From an uncultured bacterium (GTDB lineage: Bacteria > Chloroflexota > UBA5177 > JANWHV01): a stretch of 64,000 nt of DNA. Below the pieces are notes generated by a model. It was not told the DNA's origin, made no database searches, and was given only the letters and a program-made list of their open reading frames with translations. The DNA is taken from the NCBI GenBank assembly GCA_963729625.1, contig CAVSOU010000011.1:192001-256000 (forward strand), read 5' to 3'. Numbering within the stretch: position 1 is the first letter of the stretch; each line of letters begins with the position of its first letter. Below, piece after piece: positions 1 to 10,611 of the stretch. The translations under genes were made by a program, and so were the position numbers.

Positions 1-1
1 G

Positions 2-157
2 CTCGGGCTACCCTGGCGCGCGACGGTCAGCCGAAGGACGCTGGAGCGCAACGCCGCGGAGTTGAAGGCCAGGATCGGAGCTGAGACGCGCGATGTGGCG
101 CTGGAGCAGGCAGCGAACGCGATCGTTGAGGAAGTTGGGAAAACCAATAACCGTTGA
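2..157 (+). CDS. proS: 3' end of probable prolyl-tRNA synthetase (anticodon-binding domain); partial at window edge
   Basis: Own translation of frame +2: LGLPWRATVSRRTLERNAAELKARIGAETRDVALEQAANAIVEEVGKTNNR*. This resembles the class IIa anticodon-domain tail (LIGIP.RI.VG.R.L....VELK.R). Confidence 0.6.
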   Translation, partial: LGLPWRATVSRRTLERNAAELKARIGAETRDVALEQAANAIVEEVGKTNNR

Positions 158-164
158 AAGGCTT

Positions 165-1584
165 CTAGCCCGTCGACATTTGCTTTCGCAGGAGTTCGGC
201 CTCTCTCCTGGCGGCTTTTGCCTTCTCGGGCTGGCCGATTTCCACATACGATGATGCCAACCTCTCGAGCTCCCGAACTGTCTCGCGCCGCATTCCGGCA
301 TCGCGATACTGCGCGACGTTCTTTTCCAGAAAATCCACCGATCCAGCGCGATCGCCGCGCCGCCAGCGCGATCGCGCGATGACAAAATAGGCCCGTGCGC
401 AGGCTTCAGGATCGCCGGTCTCTTCGGCAAGCGCTTGCGCCTGTGCAAACATCTCACGCGCCTCTTCGACCTGGCCCTGCTGATCAAGGACGGTTGCGCA
501 GTTACCAAGTGCTTCGGAACGACCGATGCGGTCTTCGGTCTGAGTGCGAAGCGCGAGCGCCCGCGTGTAGTGGTCAAGCGCCTCAGAAAGGCGATTCTGC
601 CCCTCGTACGTTCTACCAAGCTCGTTCAGCGCAACAGCCTGTCCATTCTCATCGCCGAGGCTCTCGCTGATAGCCAGCGCACGGCTCAGGTTCGAGACCG
701 CAGCCGCCAGCATGCCCTGGGCTGCGAGCGACTTCCCAAGCCTCACTCGAGTGGCGGCCAGAAGCGCTTTATCGCTCTTGCTCTCGAGAAGTGGAAGGGC
801 CTGCTCCAGCATGCGCCGTGCGGCGTCGTGATTGCCTTGACGCTGGTACACTTCGGCAATGGCGCTCATGGCTTCGCCCGCCTCAGGCGACGATCCACGC
901 CTCTTCGCGAATGCGAAGGGCTGTCCGCAGGCGCTCAAGGGCGGTGGACTCGCGATCCTGCCTGGAGGCGACGACGCCCGCGGCGTGGTACGCCTCGGCC
1001 AGCAACGGTCGGTCACCGAGCGTCTCAAGCATGGCAATGGCGCGTGTGTAGGTCGCTTCCGCGTCGTCCAGGTTGGCAAGCTCCGTCTGGACGGCGCCGA
1101 TTTGCAGGAGACAGTCGGCGATTAGCGGAACGTTATTCTGTTTTTCACGCATAAACAGCGCCTGGTTGAAACCGGCAAGTGCCTCAGGATACAGCTTCAT
1201 GGCTACGAGAACGCGAGAGGCGGCGCCGACCGACGATGCTGTGGCGTCCAGGTCACCCAGTCGCTCGCATACGGCGACGGATCGCTGCGCCATCGCGTAG
1301 GCGTTCTGATATTGCTCAAGCTGCACATAGAGGCCGCTCATGTCGCGCAGCACCGTAGCAGCCACGGCGAAATTGCCAAGACGATCGTGCAGCACAAGCG
1401 CGCGCTGGCACACCTGCAGAGCCTCGGCCGTCATGCCGTGCTGACGATAGAGGCCGGCAATCCTATCCAGTGCACTTGCTGCGCCCGCGAGATCACCGTC
1501 GGCCTCGCACTCGATCACGGTACGTTGCCACTTGGCGAGCAAGATCCTTCCGGACGATGTTAACGGTGAAGGGGTTTCGGGCAC
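165..1584 (-). CDS. Tetratricopeptide-repeat protein, split by a +1 frameshift near 890
   Basis: TPR motifs (A...y.rAL.l.e.LGD) continue from ORF 883..1941 (...RIREEA) into ORF 165..1079 (GSSPEAGEAMSAIAEVY...). GTG start at 1584 follows AGGAGA. Confidence 0.8.
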
Positions 1585-1757
1585 GGTCCGCACTCTCCTG
1601 AACCGGCGGGTAACTGCCGGTCTCCATGATACCGCGTGGCGTCCATCCACCGCGACAGTTGTGCCACACCGCGTGCTCTGATAGTAGCGCAAATGCAGGC
1701 GCTTCGCTCGGGAATCGAAGACACTACGACACGATCCGATGACTTCCGTGCGGCGAG

Positions 1758-4700
1758 CTACGGCAGGAGTGCCACCCGGAACGAGCGCACCTGGAACGGT
1801 AGGATCGTGAATGTGAGTGATGCGCCTTCCACGCGCACCGGCCCTGCCGCGCTGTCGGGCTCCTCCAGAATTGTGACGGACGAAGCCTTGACGACCTGAT
1901 TGGCGAACGTGAGCGTTACCGCGCCTCGCTGATTGGCGCAATCGTACACGCGCACGATGAGCCCGCTCCCGTCCTCGGCCGGTTTCACGGTATCAACGAC
2001 CGCATGCCCGCGGTCACTGCGCACGAAGGACGCCTGGGCAGGCAGCCTGGTGCCGGTCCCGGGCACGTACCGTGCGCGCACTGGCAGATTGAACGCAATC
2101 GCGGCCCGCACCGTGTCTTCTATGTGCCAATCGGCGCCGTGAGGGAAGAGCGCGTATGCGAAGCTATGTGCGCCCTCGTCTGCCAGCGGATCCGGCTCGA
2201 TGCCAGATTTGAGGAGTGTCAGGCTCAACACATTTCCGAGGCAGTCATAGCCGTACTTCCCGTCGTTGAGCAGGCTCACGCCGTACGCGCTTTCTGACAG
2301 GTCAGCCCATCGGTGGGCAGGGACCTCGAATCGCGCGGCGTCCCAACTCGTATTGCGGTGTGTCGGCCGCTGCAAGCAGCCGAACGCGCACTCATAGGTG
2401 GCCGCCGTCGCGTGGATCGCGAGCGGGAAGGCCGCCTTGAGCAGAACCTGCCGCTGGTGCCAGTCAATGGTGGTCTGGATGTCAACGCGCGGCGTGTCGG
2501 CGTGCACAAGGATCCGCTGGCGGATCGTGGAGAGTCCATAGCGCCGGACAATCTCCACGCCTGCGCGGACCGGCCCGGTCTCGACAACCTGCCAGGACTC
2601 AACATCGTCAATCTCGACACACTTATCGACATAGAAATCGTCGATATCCCACGCGTCGTTGTGAGTCGGTTTATCTTCAAAGGCCAGGAGCCGGTTCCCA
2701 CCTACGGGCGCAAGCACTTCCCGATTGAAGCGTTTGTCGAAGAGTGACGCAATCCGGCCGCGATCGTCCAGATTCAGGTGGAAGAAACGATTCTCGAGCG
2801 CTCGCTCGCTCACCGAGATCTCCGTGGACGGGGTGGCTGCGGCGCCTCCGGCAAAGACAAGGGCATAGCCCAAGGGCGGCACCGTAAGCCCGGTGACCAA
2901 AACGCCGCGCTCAGCGCCGGTGGCCACGACCTGCGACGGCAGCGCACGCCCTCCGCCGGTCACAAGCGTGCTATCTGCCGGCACGTTTTGCGGCAACCGG
3001 AACTCGAGACTCTCGCTTCGCGGAAATGGAGATGCGTTGAAGACGGCGATGGCGGGCGTGTCCGACTGAATGTGCAGTGCGATTGCATCCTGTGCCTCGG
3101 CAAGCACTCCTCCGGCGGTGGCCAGAACCGACGCGTGCTGTCTGCGCTCGTCCTCATAGACTTCGCCGATCGAAGAGCCGGGCAGAATGTCGTGAAACTG
3201 GTTGAGGAGCACATCCTCCCAGCATGCTGTGAGGCGTTCTCTGCGCGCGGTCTGGTCACGGTCGAACAGCGCTGCCCAGGCGCACCACAGCTCGGCATCG
3301 TGGAGCACGTGCTCGGCGCGCCTGTTATTCCATTTGACGCGTCCCTGGCTGGTATATGTGCCGCGATGCAACTCAAGGTAGAGCTCACCCTCCCAGACAG
3401 GCGCCTTCGCATCGTGGAGAATGCGATCGCTCAGCGTGGCAAGGTACGTTCCGACACTGGTCTGCGAGACGCGAGGTAAACCGGGGTAGTCGCGTAACCT
3501 GGCCGCGTATTCCAGCATCTGTTCGGTCGGCCCGCCGCCGCCGTCTCCGAAGCCGAAGGAATACAAGGTCTCCGTGTTCAATCCCTTGTCGCGGTATCGC
3601 ACCCAGCTTCCCATCACTTCCTTCACCGAGAAGTTGGCGTTGTACGTGGACTGCCCGCGCTTCACAGGATACGGATCGGCCATGTAGTCAAGCGGCTCCC
3701 AGTCGGCGCCGGCCGTCATAAAGTAGCCCAGGACCTCCGTACCATCGATGCCGCGCCAGCGGAACGTATCGTGCGGCATACGGTTGGTCGAATTCCAGCT
3801 GAGCTTGATGGTGGCCATAGCGTTGATTCCGGCACTGCGCATCAGCTGTGGCAGCGCTCCGGTGAAGCCGAAGACATCAGGCAGCCATAGGTAGCCACAT
3901 GTCGCGCCGAAGCGCTCGCGCATAAAGCGCTGGCCGTAGAGGAACTGCCGCACGAGCGATTCGCCGGACGTCAGATTGCAGTCCGGCTCGACCCACATTG
4001 CCCCTGCCGGCTCCCAGCGACCCTCGGCCACGCGCTCCGCGACCTGGCGATACAGCTCCGGCTCGTCTTCCTCCAGCCAGCGATACTGCTGGGGTTGGCT
4101 ACATACGAATCGGTAGTCGGGGTAGCGCTCCATCAGGCGAAGCACTGTGGACCAGCTGCGAGCCACTTTTCGTCTGGTCTGCGATAGATGGCCATAGCCA
4201 GGCAGTGTCGATGTGCGCGTGTCCGACGGCATTGATCGTCGGTCTGTGGGCGGCGCCGTCGACCGCGATCGCTTCAAGTCCTCGCTGTACATGCGCGCGC
4301 GCGCGTGCTACCGATTGTCTGAACTCGTCCAGGGTAGGCTCGGTGCGGTTCACCGTGTTCTCCGCCTCGACCAGTAACCTGAGCAGCGCCACCCGCTCGA
4401 CTGACGCTTCGGGCAGGATGGCGAGCGCTTCGACGCCAACGGCCAGGTCGTAGTAGAACGCTTCAGATTCGCTGTCGAGCAGTTCCAGGCGGCACTCGCC
4501 CACGGTAAACATGTCGGTTGGCTTGCGAGCAACAGTGGTAACCGGCGACGCATAGGCTTCAACCGCCGCGACATGGGAAGCGCCGTCGAAACACTGCGGC
4601 GGCAGGACCACCGATCGATGGTTTTCGTCCAGGCCCTGCCAGGGTCGCCCGTCGAGATAGACCATTGCCTGGCCCCCCAGCGGGAGCGACAGCCGAACCT

Positions 4701-4944
4701 TCTGGTCGGCCCACGAGGGTGGAACGCGGAACCAGGCTCGAAACCACGTCCACTCCTGCGAGCCGCCCCAGCTGCTGCCGATCATCGCATGCGACCAGTC
4801 GCGCTCCTCCTCCGGCGACACATCCAACCCGCGGACTCGGCCCGGGTGCATGAGCAGGCGCTCCAATGGGAGCGACGCCCGCACGATCGCCCGCTGCTGC
4901 TCACGCACGCGTGCCCGCAGACGCGCCTCCTGCGACCCGCTCAC
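1758..4944 (-). CDS. GH38 alpha-mannosidase, split by a +1 frameshift near 4189
   Basis: Motifs HAHIDTAWLW (Zn site), WLPDVFG (nucleophile), GDGGGGP, ELHRGTYTSQ and NQFHDILPGS. Removing one T in CCA[T]CTATCG restores WLWPLSQTRRK. The GTG start overlaps the upstream stop. Confidence 0.9.
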
Positions 4945-5945
4945 TGCAGAAGTCGGCGGTGCACGGCGTCGATCACCGCCTGCGATGCATTGATGGGGAT
5001 AGAGCAGTTCCCGGCAAGGATCAGCCCGCGATTCCGTGCCTGGTCGGCTGCCATCGCCAGCTCTTTCAATGCTGCGGAGTCGTCCGCCGCGGTGAGTGCA
5101 TTGTTTGACAGGCCGCCCGCGACCGCACGTCCAGTTACGGAGTCCGCGACGTCGCCGAGGCTCGGGTTGCCTTCCTCGGTGACAGCCCAATTGAGAACGT
5201 GCGCCGGATAGTCGAGCAGTCGCAGCGCCATATCGTTCTTGCGGCAGATATGCAGCACGTTGACGCGGGCCCCGGTTGCCGCGGCCAGCACGCGCAAGTC
5301 GTAGGGCCGGCCGAACGCTTCGTACTCGGCGGCGGTCAGCGTGTCATAGGTGGCCCACGCTCCGGTGGCGAAGAAGATGCCGCTCGCGCCGGCGTTGAGC
5401 ACTTCCTGCACGAACGCCACGAACGTTTCGGTAATTGCCTGAAGCGCGCCATGAACCGCGGCAGGATCCTCGTGAATGTGCTGCAGCAGCACCTTGACGT
5501 CGCCTCCAGCGAGGTAGCCGGCGACCGAGATCGGGCAGAAGATGGTCTCGACAAACGGCACAGCGCCGCGCAGCCCGCGCCTGATTTCACTCAAAGCCCG
5601 CAATTGCTCGTCGAAGGCCGGCGTGGACGGCGGCTTTACATCGATGTTGTGCCAATCCCCTGCGGTCGTTACGACGGCGGTTTCGATCACGGGCTTCACG
5701 TCGGGTTGGCCTGAATAGTGGTAGCGATTGCCCCACGCTTCCGCATGGTATTGCGCCCTGGGGTTGACTTTGAGCAGGTCAAAATCGTTTCGCGTCTGCC
5801 AGTCCAGCATGGCGCGCGCCAGACTCGAGGCCGTGGTTTCGCGATCGTAGAAGTGGCGCCAGAGTGCCCATGGAATGCGATCGGTCGGTTGCTGCTGGAT
5901 GCTGGCTTCTAGCCGCTCCCACTTGTCCATCTGTGCTCGAGGCAT
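4941..5945 (-). CDS. Uroporphyrinogen decarboxylase (URO-D)-like family protein
   Basis: 334 aa with URO-D/MtaA-like TIM-barrel features (ETIFCP, GASGIFF, FGRPYDL, LHIC, GNCSI). Lacks the HemE WxMRQAGR motif. Confidence 0.75.
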   Translation of the reverse strand: MPRAQMDKWERLEASIQQQPTDRIPWALWRHFYDRETTASSLARAMLDWQTRNDFDLLKVNPRAQYHAEAWGNRYHYSGQPDVKPVIETAVVTTAGDWHNIDVKPPSTPAFDEQLRALSEIRRGLRGAVPFVETIFCPISVAGYLAGGDVKVLLQHIHEDPAAVHGALQAITETFVAFVQEVLNAGASGIFFATGAWATYDTLTAAEYEAFGRPYDLRVLAAATGARVNVLHICRKNDMALRLLDYPAHVLNWAVTEEGNPSLGDVADSVTGRAVAGGLSNNALTAADDSAALKELAMAADQARNRGLILAGNCSIPINASQAVIDAVHRRLLQ

Positions 5946-5993
5946 TGCCTGATCCTCCTGACCGCTTCACCAGTTTGCGGCGACCGGGCCGCC

Positions 5994-6236
5994 CTACGAC
6001 GGCGGCTTGACTCCCACGATCCACGGCCAGCGGCGCCAGAAGGCGCGGATCTGCCTCCGTAGCACTGCGGGCTTCATGAGCGCGACGGCGCTCCATAAGA
6101 GCAAGATCAAGCTGACAAGGCCATTGAGGCTGACCAACCGCTCGGCGACGAGATTGGGCTCCGGAATGTTCTCCGGCTCGGCCGGGTCTGCCCCTGTCTC
6201 GATGGGAAATGGCGAATTCTTGTCTGTGTCGTCCAT
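5994..6236 (-). CDS. Small hypothetical membrane protein
   Basis: 80 aa with an acidic N-terminus, one hydrophobic segment and a basic/Trp tail. TATGCT lies 6 nt upstream of the ATG. Confidence 0.55.
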   Translation of the reverse strand: MDDTDKNSPFPIETGADPAEPENIPEPNLVAERLVSLNGLVSLILLLWSAVALMKPAVLRRQIRAFWRRWPWIVGVKPPS

Positions 6237-6418
6237 GGCTTGAGCATAGCCAGGTGAATGGATGCGGGGCAAGGCGAGCATAGCTCGGGGCTGACTGCGG
6301 CAGATACGGCGCATTCCCATGGCTGAACCGGTATCATCAACTCCAATCGTCCATCTCTCCCTGTCGCGCGTCGGATCCGCGCGGCCGGCAGCCTGCTCCA
6401 GGTGAAGGTAGTCGCGTC

Positions 6419-7201
6419 GTGTTGAGAACCGTTACCGCAGTCCGTTATCTCACTCCGCTGCGCGAAGGCGGCTCGCTGCCGGCTATCGTGGAGGCTGACG
6501 ACGGCGAGCTCTACGTGCTGAAGTTTCGCGGTGCCGGCCAGGGGCAGCGTGCCCTGATCTCGGAGATGCTCGCCGGTGAGATTGGCAGGTTGCTCGGCCT
6601 GCGCGTGCCAGAGATCGTGGTGGTCTTGCTCGATCGTGCATTTGGACGCTCCGAGCCGGATCCGGAGATCCATGACCTGATCGCGGCAAGTACCGGACTC
6701 AACCTGGGACTTCGCTATCTCTCGGGCGCGCTGGCCTTCGATCCGATCCTTACGCCGCCGCCGTCCTCGGATCTCGCGTCAACGATTGTGTGGTTCGATG
6801 CCTTTATCACTAACGTCGACCGCACCGCGCGGAACACAAACATGCTTCTCTGGCGGGATCAGCTCTGGCTCATCGATCATGGTGCGTCACTCTACTTCCA
6901 TCACTCCTGGGAAGGCTACGTGGAGAGGAGTGCCTCGCGTTTTCCGCGTATCAAGGACCATGTGCTCCTGCGTTCCGCTTCGCTGCTTCCGGACGCCGAC
7001 GCGTACCTTGCTTCCCGCCTGGAGGTCCCAGCCCTCCGCCAGATCGTGGAGGCCATTCCAGCGGAATGGCTATCGGATGAGCCCTCGTTCAGCTCGCTTC
7101 ACGAACATCGCGACGCGTACATGGTGTTTCTCACCAGGCGGCTTCAGCCGCCGCGAGCGTTTGTTGAGGAGGCAGTCAGTGCCCGGCACGCACTCGTATG
7201 A
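6419..7201 (+). CDS. HipA-like (HipA_2) Ser/Thr kinase
   Basis: Motifs LREGGSLP, YVLKFRGAGQG, NVDRTARNTN and WLIDHG. Confidence 0.85.
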   Translation: MLRTVTAVRYLTPLREGGSLPAIVEADDGELYVLKFRGAGQGQRALISEMLAGEIGRLLGLRVPEIVVVLLDRAFGRSEPDPEIHDLIAASTGLNLGLRYLSGALAFDPILTPPPSSDLASTIVWFDAFITNVDRTARNTNMLLWRDQLWLIDHGASLYFHHSWEGYVERSASRFPRIKDHVLLRSASLLPDADAYLASRLEVPALRQIVEAIPAEWLSDEPSFSSLHEHRDAYMVFLTRRLQPPRAFVEEAVSARHALV

Positions 7202-7571
7202 CTACGCCATAGTGCGAATAGTGCCGCGGGTGGAGCGTTGCGAATTCGTCAACGCAGGCGTCATTCTGTATTGCCGCGTACGTCGATTCCTGCGTGCGTC
7301 GGTCGAGCTCGATCGCGAGCGGCTTCGCGCGCTTGCTCCATGCATAGACATCGAGGAGGTTGAGCGGCATCTGGCGGTCATCCCACTGGTATGCGCCGGA
7401 GGCCGTGCGGCCGGCCCAATCGGATCGCTGAGCATGGCGGAGCGGTTTCACTGGCTTGTCTCGCCGAGGAGCACGCTCGTGCAGCCCTCGCCGGTGCACT
7501 GTGGCCTCTGCGACGATCCGGCGAGTGAGCTGCGGCACTTGCTGGAAACCATGGTTTGCCCCTTGGACTAG
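7179..7571 (+). CDS. DUF3037 domain protein
   Basis: Motifs YDYAIVRIVPRVERCEFVNAGVILYC and RFHWLVSPRST. GTG start after GAGGAGG overlaps the end of the kinase gene. Confidence 0.85.
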   Translation: MPGTHSYDYAIVRIVPRVERCEFVNAGVILYCRVRRFLRASVELDRERLRALAPCIDIEEVERHLAVIPLVCAGGRAAGPIGSLSMAERFHWLVSPRSTLVQPSPVHCGLCDDPASELRHLLETMVCPLD

Positions 7572-7601
7572 CTCCGCCCAGCCGGTATCATCCCTGGCGA
7601 G

Positions 7602-9248
7602 ATGCAGACCGCCAGCCCACCAGTCCGCCCCGTGTCCTCTACTACGGCCGGCGCCAAGAAGGCGTGGCGGCAGTACGTCGCTCTGCCCGCGGCGACCATT
7701 TTGATGATTGCCTTCCTGCTAAGCCGCGTGCTCGGCATGTTACGTCAGGTTCTTTTCGCCGCCTTGATCGGCACGCATACGACGGGCGCCAGCGCGTACG
7801 TCACGGCGTTTCGCGCTCCCGACTTCGTGTTCAATCTGGTCTCTGGCGGCGCCTTCGCGTCGGCCTTCATCCCCACGTTTGCCGGCTATCTGGCGAAGAA
7901 CTCGCAGGATGAAGAGGCCGAGGGCTGGCGCGTGGCAAGTACCGTGTTTTACCTGACGATTCTCCTGCTGCTGCCGGCGCTCATTCTGGCTATCGTCTTG
8001 GCGCCGCGCTACGTGCCGCAGATGACTGGACCCGAACACGCCGACCTGATCAGCACGACCATCCCGCTCACTCGCATCATGCTGCTGCAGCCGCTCTTCA
8101 TGGCGCTCATAACCATCTGCCAGGGCGTGTCGAACTCGTACCTTCGTTTCACGGTCCCCGCGCTGGCGCCTCTGGTCTACAACCTCAGCATCATCGTGGG
8201 AATTATCATCGGCCACTTCGTGGGCGTCACGGCGATTGCCTGGTCCGTCACTCTCGGGGCGGCGCTCCAGCTCGCGTTGCAGATTCCGTTTCTGCCGCAG
8301 GGGCGCCGCTTGCTGCACCTGTCACTTAGCCTTGGATCGGCCGGCGTGCGGGAGATTGGCCGGCTGATGGCGCCCCGCCTGTTCGGTCAGGCCGGGATCC
8401 AGGCCACCTTTATCGTCACGACGTACCTTGCGAACAGGGTGCAGGGAGCAAATCCTAACCCGGCCCTAACGTACGGCTGGACGCTGATCCTACTGCCGGT
8501 CGGCATTTTTGCCGCCGCGCTCGGCCAGACCGCATTCCCGGTGATGGCCAGGCAAGCGGCGGCCGGCGATATGCCGGGGTTTGCCAGCACCGTCAATCAG
8601 ACGATTCGCATGGTGTTGTTTCTGACGGTACCTGCCGCGGCGGGTTTGATCATACTGGCCCCGCGCGTGGTTCGCGTGCTGTTCGCATACGGCACAAGCA
8701 ACAACGCCATCGATATTCAGCTGATCACGCTGGCCACCGTGTACTACGCGGTAGGTATCCCCGGCCACTCGCTGGCTGAAGTGCTCCCCCGCGCGTTCTT
8801 TGCCATCCGCAACACGGTCACTCCCGTGCTGGTAGTGGTATGGACGCTGGCACTTGCCATTCTCGTCAGCGTGGTATCAGTCAAGGTGCTCAGTCCTGAG
8901 CATGCCGTGGCAGGTCTGGCCTTCGCCATGTCGCTGGCGGTACTCGCCGAAGCGGTCAACCTGATCATCGCGCTGCACCGCGCGGTGCCGCAGTTCGCCC
9001 TGGGGCCGCTTGGATGGGCGTTAGCTCGCGCCAACATTGCCACTGGTGTGATGGTTGCTGGAGTCGGCCTCACGGCGGAGCGTCTCATTCACGTCATCAA
9101 CCCGAGCCGATTCGGATCCTTCGTCACGCTGCTCATCTGCGTGCCTCTCGGCGCGTGTCTGTACCTGGCAACCGCACTGCTGCTGCACGTGCCCGAGGCA
9201 GTGACTGTCGTGTCGCGCGCACGGACGAGGGTGGGAGGCACGGTCTGA
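7602..9248 (+). CDS. murJ: Lipid II flippase MurJ (MviN)
   Basis: Motifs LLSRVLGMLRQ, AFRAPD, SAFIPTF and PRAFFA; about 14 hydrophobic segments. Confidence 0.9.
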   Translation: MQTASPPVRPVSSTTAGAKKAWRQYVALPAATILMIAFLLSRVLGMLRQVLFAALIGTHTTGASAYVTAFRAPDFVFNLVSGGAFASAFIPTFAGYLAKNSQDEEAEGWRVASTVFYLTILLLLPALILAIVLAPRYVPQMTGPEHADLISTTIPLTRIMLLQPLFMALITICQGVSNSYLRFTVPALAPLVYNLSIIVGIIIGHFVGVTAIAWSVTLGAALQLALQIPFLPQGRRLLHLSLSLGSAGVREIGRLMAPRLFGQAGIQATFIVTTYLANRVQGANPNPALTYGWTLILLPVGIFAAALGQTAFPVMARQAAAGDMPGFASTVNQTIRMVLFLTVPAAAGLIILAPRVVRVLFAYGTSNNAIDIQLITLATVYYAVGIPGHSLAEVLPRAFFAIRNTVTPVLVVVWTLALAILVSVVSVKVLSPEHAVAGLAFAMSLAVLAEAVNLIIALHRAVPQFALGPLGWALARANIATGVMVAGVGLTAERLIHVINPSRFGSFVTLLICVPLGACLYLATALLLHVPEAVTVVSRARTRVGGTV

Positions 9249-9290
9249 AAAAGGTCGCGACGTGCCTGACCGGGTACCGGGTACCCACAA

Positions 9291-9312
9291 GAGTGGGTGA
9301 TGAGTGGGTGAT
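9291..9312 (+). repeat. Tandem 11-bp direct repeat GAGTGGGTGAT x2 at the left edge of the island
   Basis: Seen directly at 9291-9301 and 9302-9312. A related GCGGGTGATG occurs near 9356. Confidence 0.7.
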
Positions 9313-9468
9313 AGGTCATGGCAGGGGCACGGCCCGGGGTGCGTAGCACACCGCAGCGGGTGATGGGGCAGACGACTACTTGCAGACCCTGGGGTGGGAG
9401 GGTAGTGCGCAGCTGCCCCCTCATGGAATGGCAGCGAGCGGGGCCTGAATGTGGTCGTTCAGAGCGAA

Positions 9469-9660
9469 ATGGCTGGCCGTTCCCGTCACTGGCGTGTGTA
9501 CCCAGAGGAACGGCTTACTGGGCTGCGCCAACATGCCGAGCAGGAGAAGCGTGAGACGGTAGACCGCCTGCAGCAAGGGATCGCCGCACTTGTTGGCTCC
9601 ACGCGGCGTAGCGACAATCCAACGCGAGGCGGGGGCCGAAGACATACATGAGACCGCCAG
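9469..9660 (+). pseudogene. Fragment resembling a DUF6262/TnpC-like mobile-element helper protein
   Basis: LTGLRQHAEQEKRETVDRLQQGIAAL, then VATIQREAG in a shifted frame. Resemblance judged by eye. Confidence 0.35.
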
Positions 9661-9939
9661 CCGACGCGAACGTAGCGCCGACGTCGAGCATGCGTCTCGT
9701 ATCCGATGCGGATACTGGCAATCATGGCCCGTGCGCGAGCCGGCTTCGAGCGGCGCTCACGGGTGGAGCCTCGACTCAACCTCGGCCAGCGTTGGCGCCC
9801 GTCAGTCTTTCAGCATCTCAGAGGCTTTCAATCAATTATCCGTTCGCGGGCACTCGAGCAACTGGCTGCCCCGGGTGCATGAGTGAGGAGATTAGCGCCG
9901 GACTGCGGAGCCTCGTCCGGCAACGTGCCTCGCAGCGCT

Positions 9940-10270
9940 GGCGTGTTCGCCTGCCCCGTCGAGATGCACGCACGGGTCATGCCGAAGGCCCGCAGTCGGC
10001 ACAGCACTTCCAGCAGCGCGGACCGCGTCAATCCCTGGCGGCGGTAGGCGGTGCGCGCACCGACCGGGCGGATGACGCCGATCTGGTTGAGCGAGTCGAT
10101 CCAGCCGTGCGTGTAGGTGGCGATGACCCAGTTCGGGGCGATCGTCACAACATCGAGATCATGCTGGTAGCCGGGGAGTAGCATGAGGCGCGCGTAGTCG
10201 GTGCCGTCGATCTGGCCCACGTACCACGACTGCCACACCTCATGCTGGATATCGACGGCCGTGGGCTTGA
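9940..10270 (-). pseudogene. C-terminal fragment of a GNAT acetyltransferase
   Basis: IGVIRPVGARTAYRRQGLTRSALLEVLCRLRAFG...NTPALR matches GNAT motifs A and B. The N-terminus is missing and the 3' end is disrupted. Confidence 0.65.
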
Positions 10271-10312
10271 CGATTCGCTTGCGGGCCTGTAACCTTGTAA
10301 CACAGTTACAGG
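10267..10312 (+). promoter_or_regulatory. Sigma70-like promoter with an overlapping TGTAAC/GTTACA operator, upstream of the RHH gene
   Basis: TTGACG (10267)-N17-TAACCT (10290). Inverted repeat CCTGTAAC (10286-10293) ... GTTACAGG (10305-10312), plus a further TGTAAC at 10296-10301. Confidence 0.6.
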
Positions 10313-10323
10313 GGAATGGGATC

Positions 10324-10590
10324 ATGCAGACGAAGAGCAAGCCAGTCCGGATCTTCGCGAATGACGATAGCGCGCTCGAGGTACTGGCGCACCTGCGCCG
10401 GCAGAGCCGCGCCGAAGTGATTCACGAAGCGCTCGCCGAGTACGTGGCGAACCATCGCGACGAGCTGCACCGGATCTTCAGCGAAACGCAACAGGCCATC
10501 GCGGCTGGGGACCTCGAGCGCCTCGTAACCGCTTCGACGGCTGCGCGTGACGCCGAGATTGACGCCATCATGGCCGATATCCCCGAATAG
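10324..10590 (+). CDS. Ribbon-helix-helix (CopG-like) protein, putative antitoxin
   Basis: 88 aa. KPVRI beta-strand followed by LEVLAHLRRQSRAEVIHEALAEY (RHH pattern), with an acidic C-terminus. Confidence 0.7.
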   Translation: MQTKSKPVRIFANDDSALEVLAHLRRQSRAEVIHEALAEYVANHRDELHRIFSETQQAIAAGDLERLVTASTAARDAEIDAIMADIPE

Positions 10591-10611
10591 CAGTGTGGGT
10601 GTGCGACAGCG

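Noticed and set aside
4185-4195. Programmed frameshift in the GH38 gene (also TPR and cpaB)
   Set aside because: No slippery heptamer or homopolymer; an error or mutation is more likely.
4941-5945. Calling this gene hemE
   Set aside because: HemE signature residues are missing and there is no haem-pathway context.
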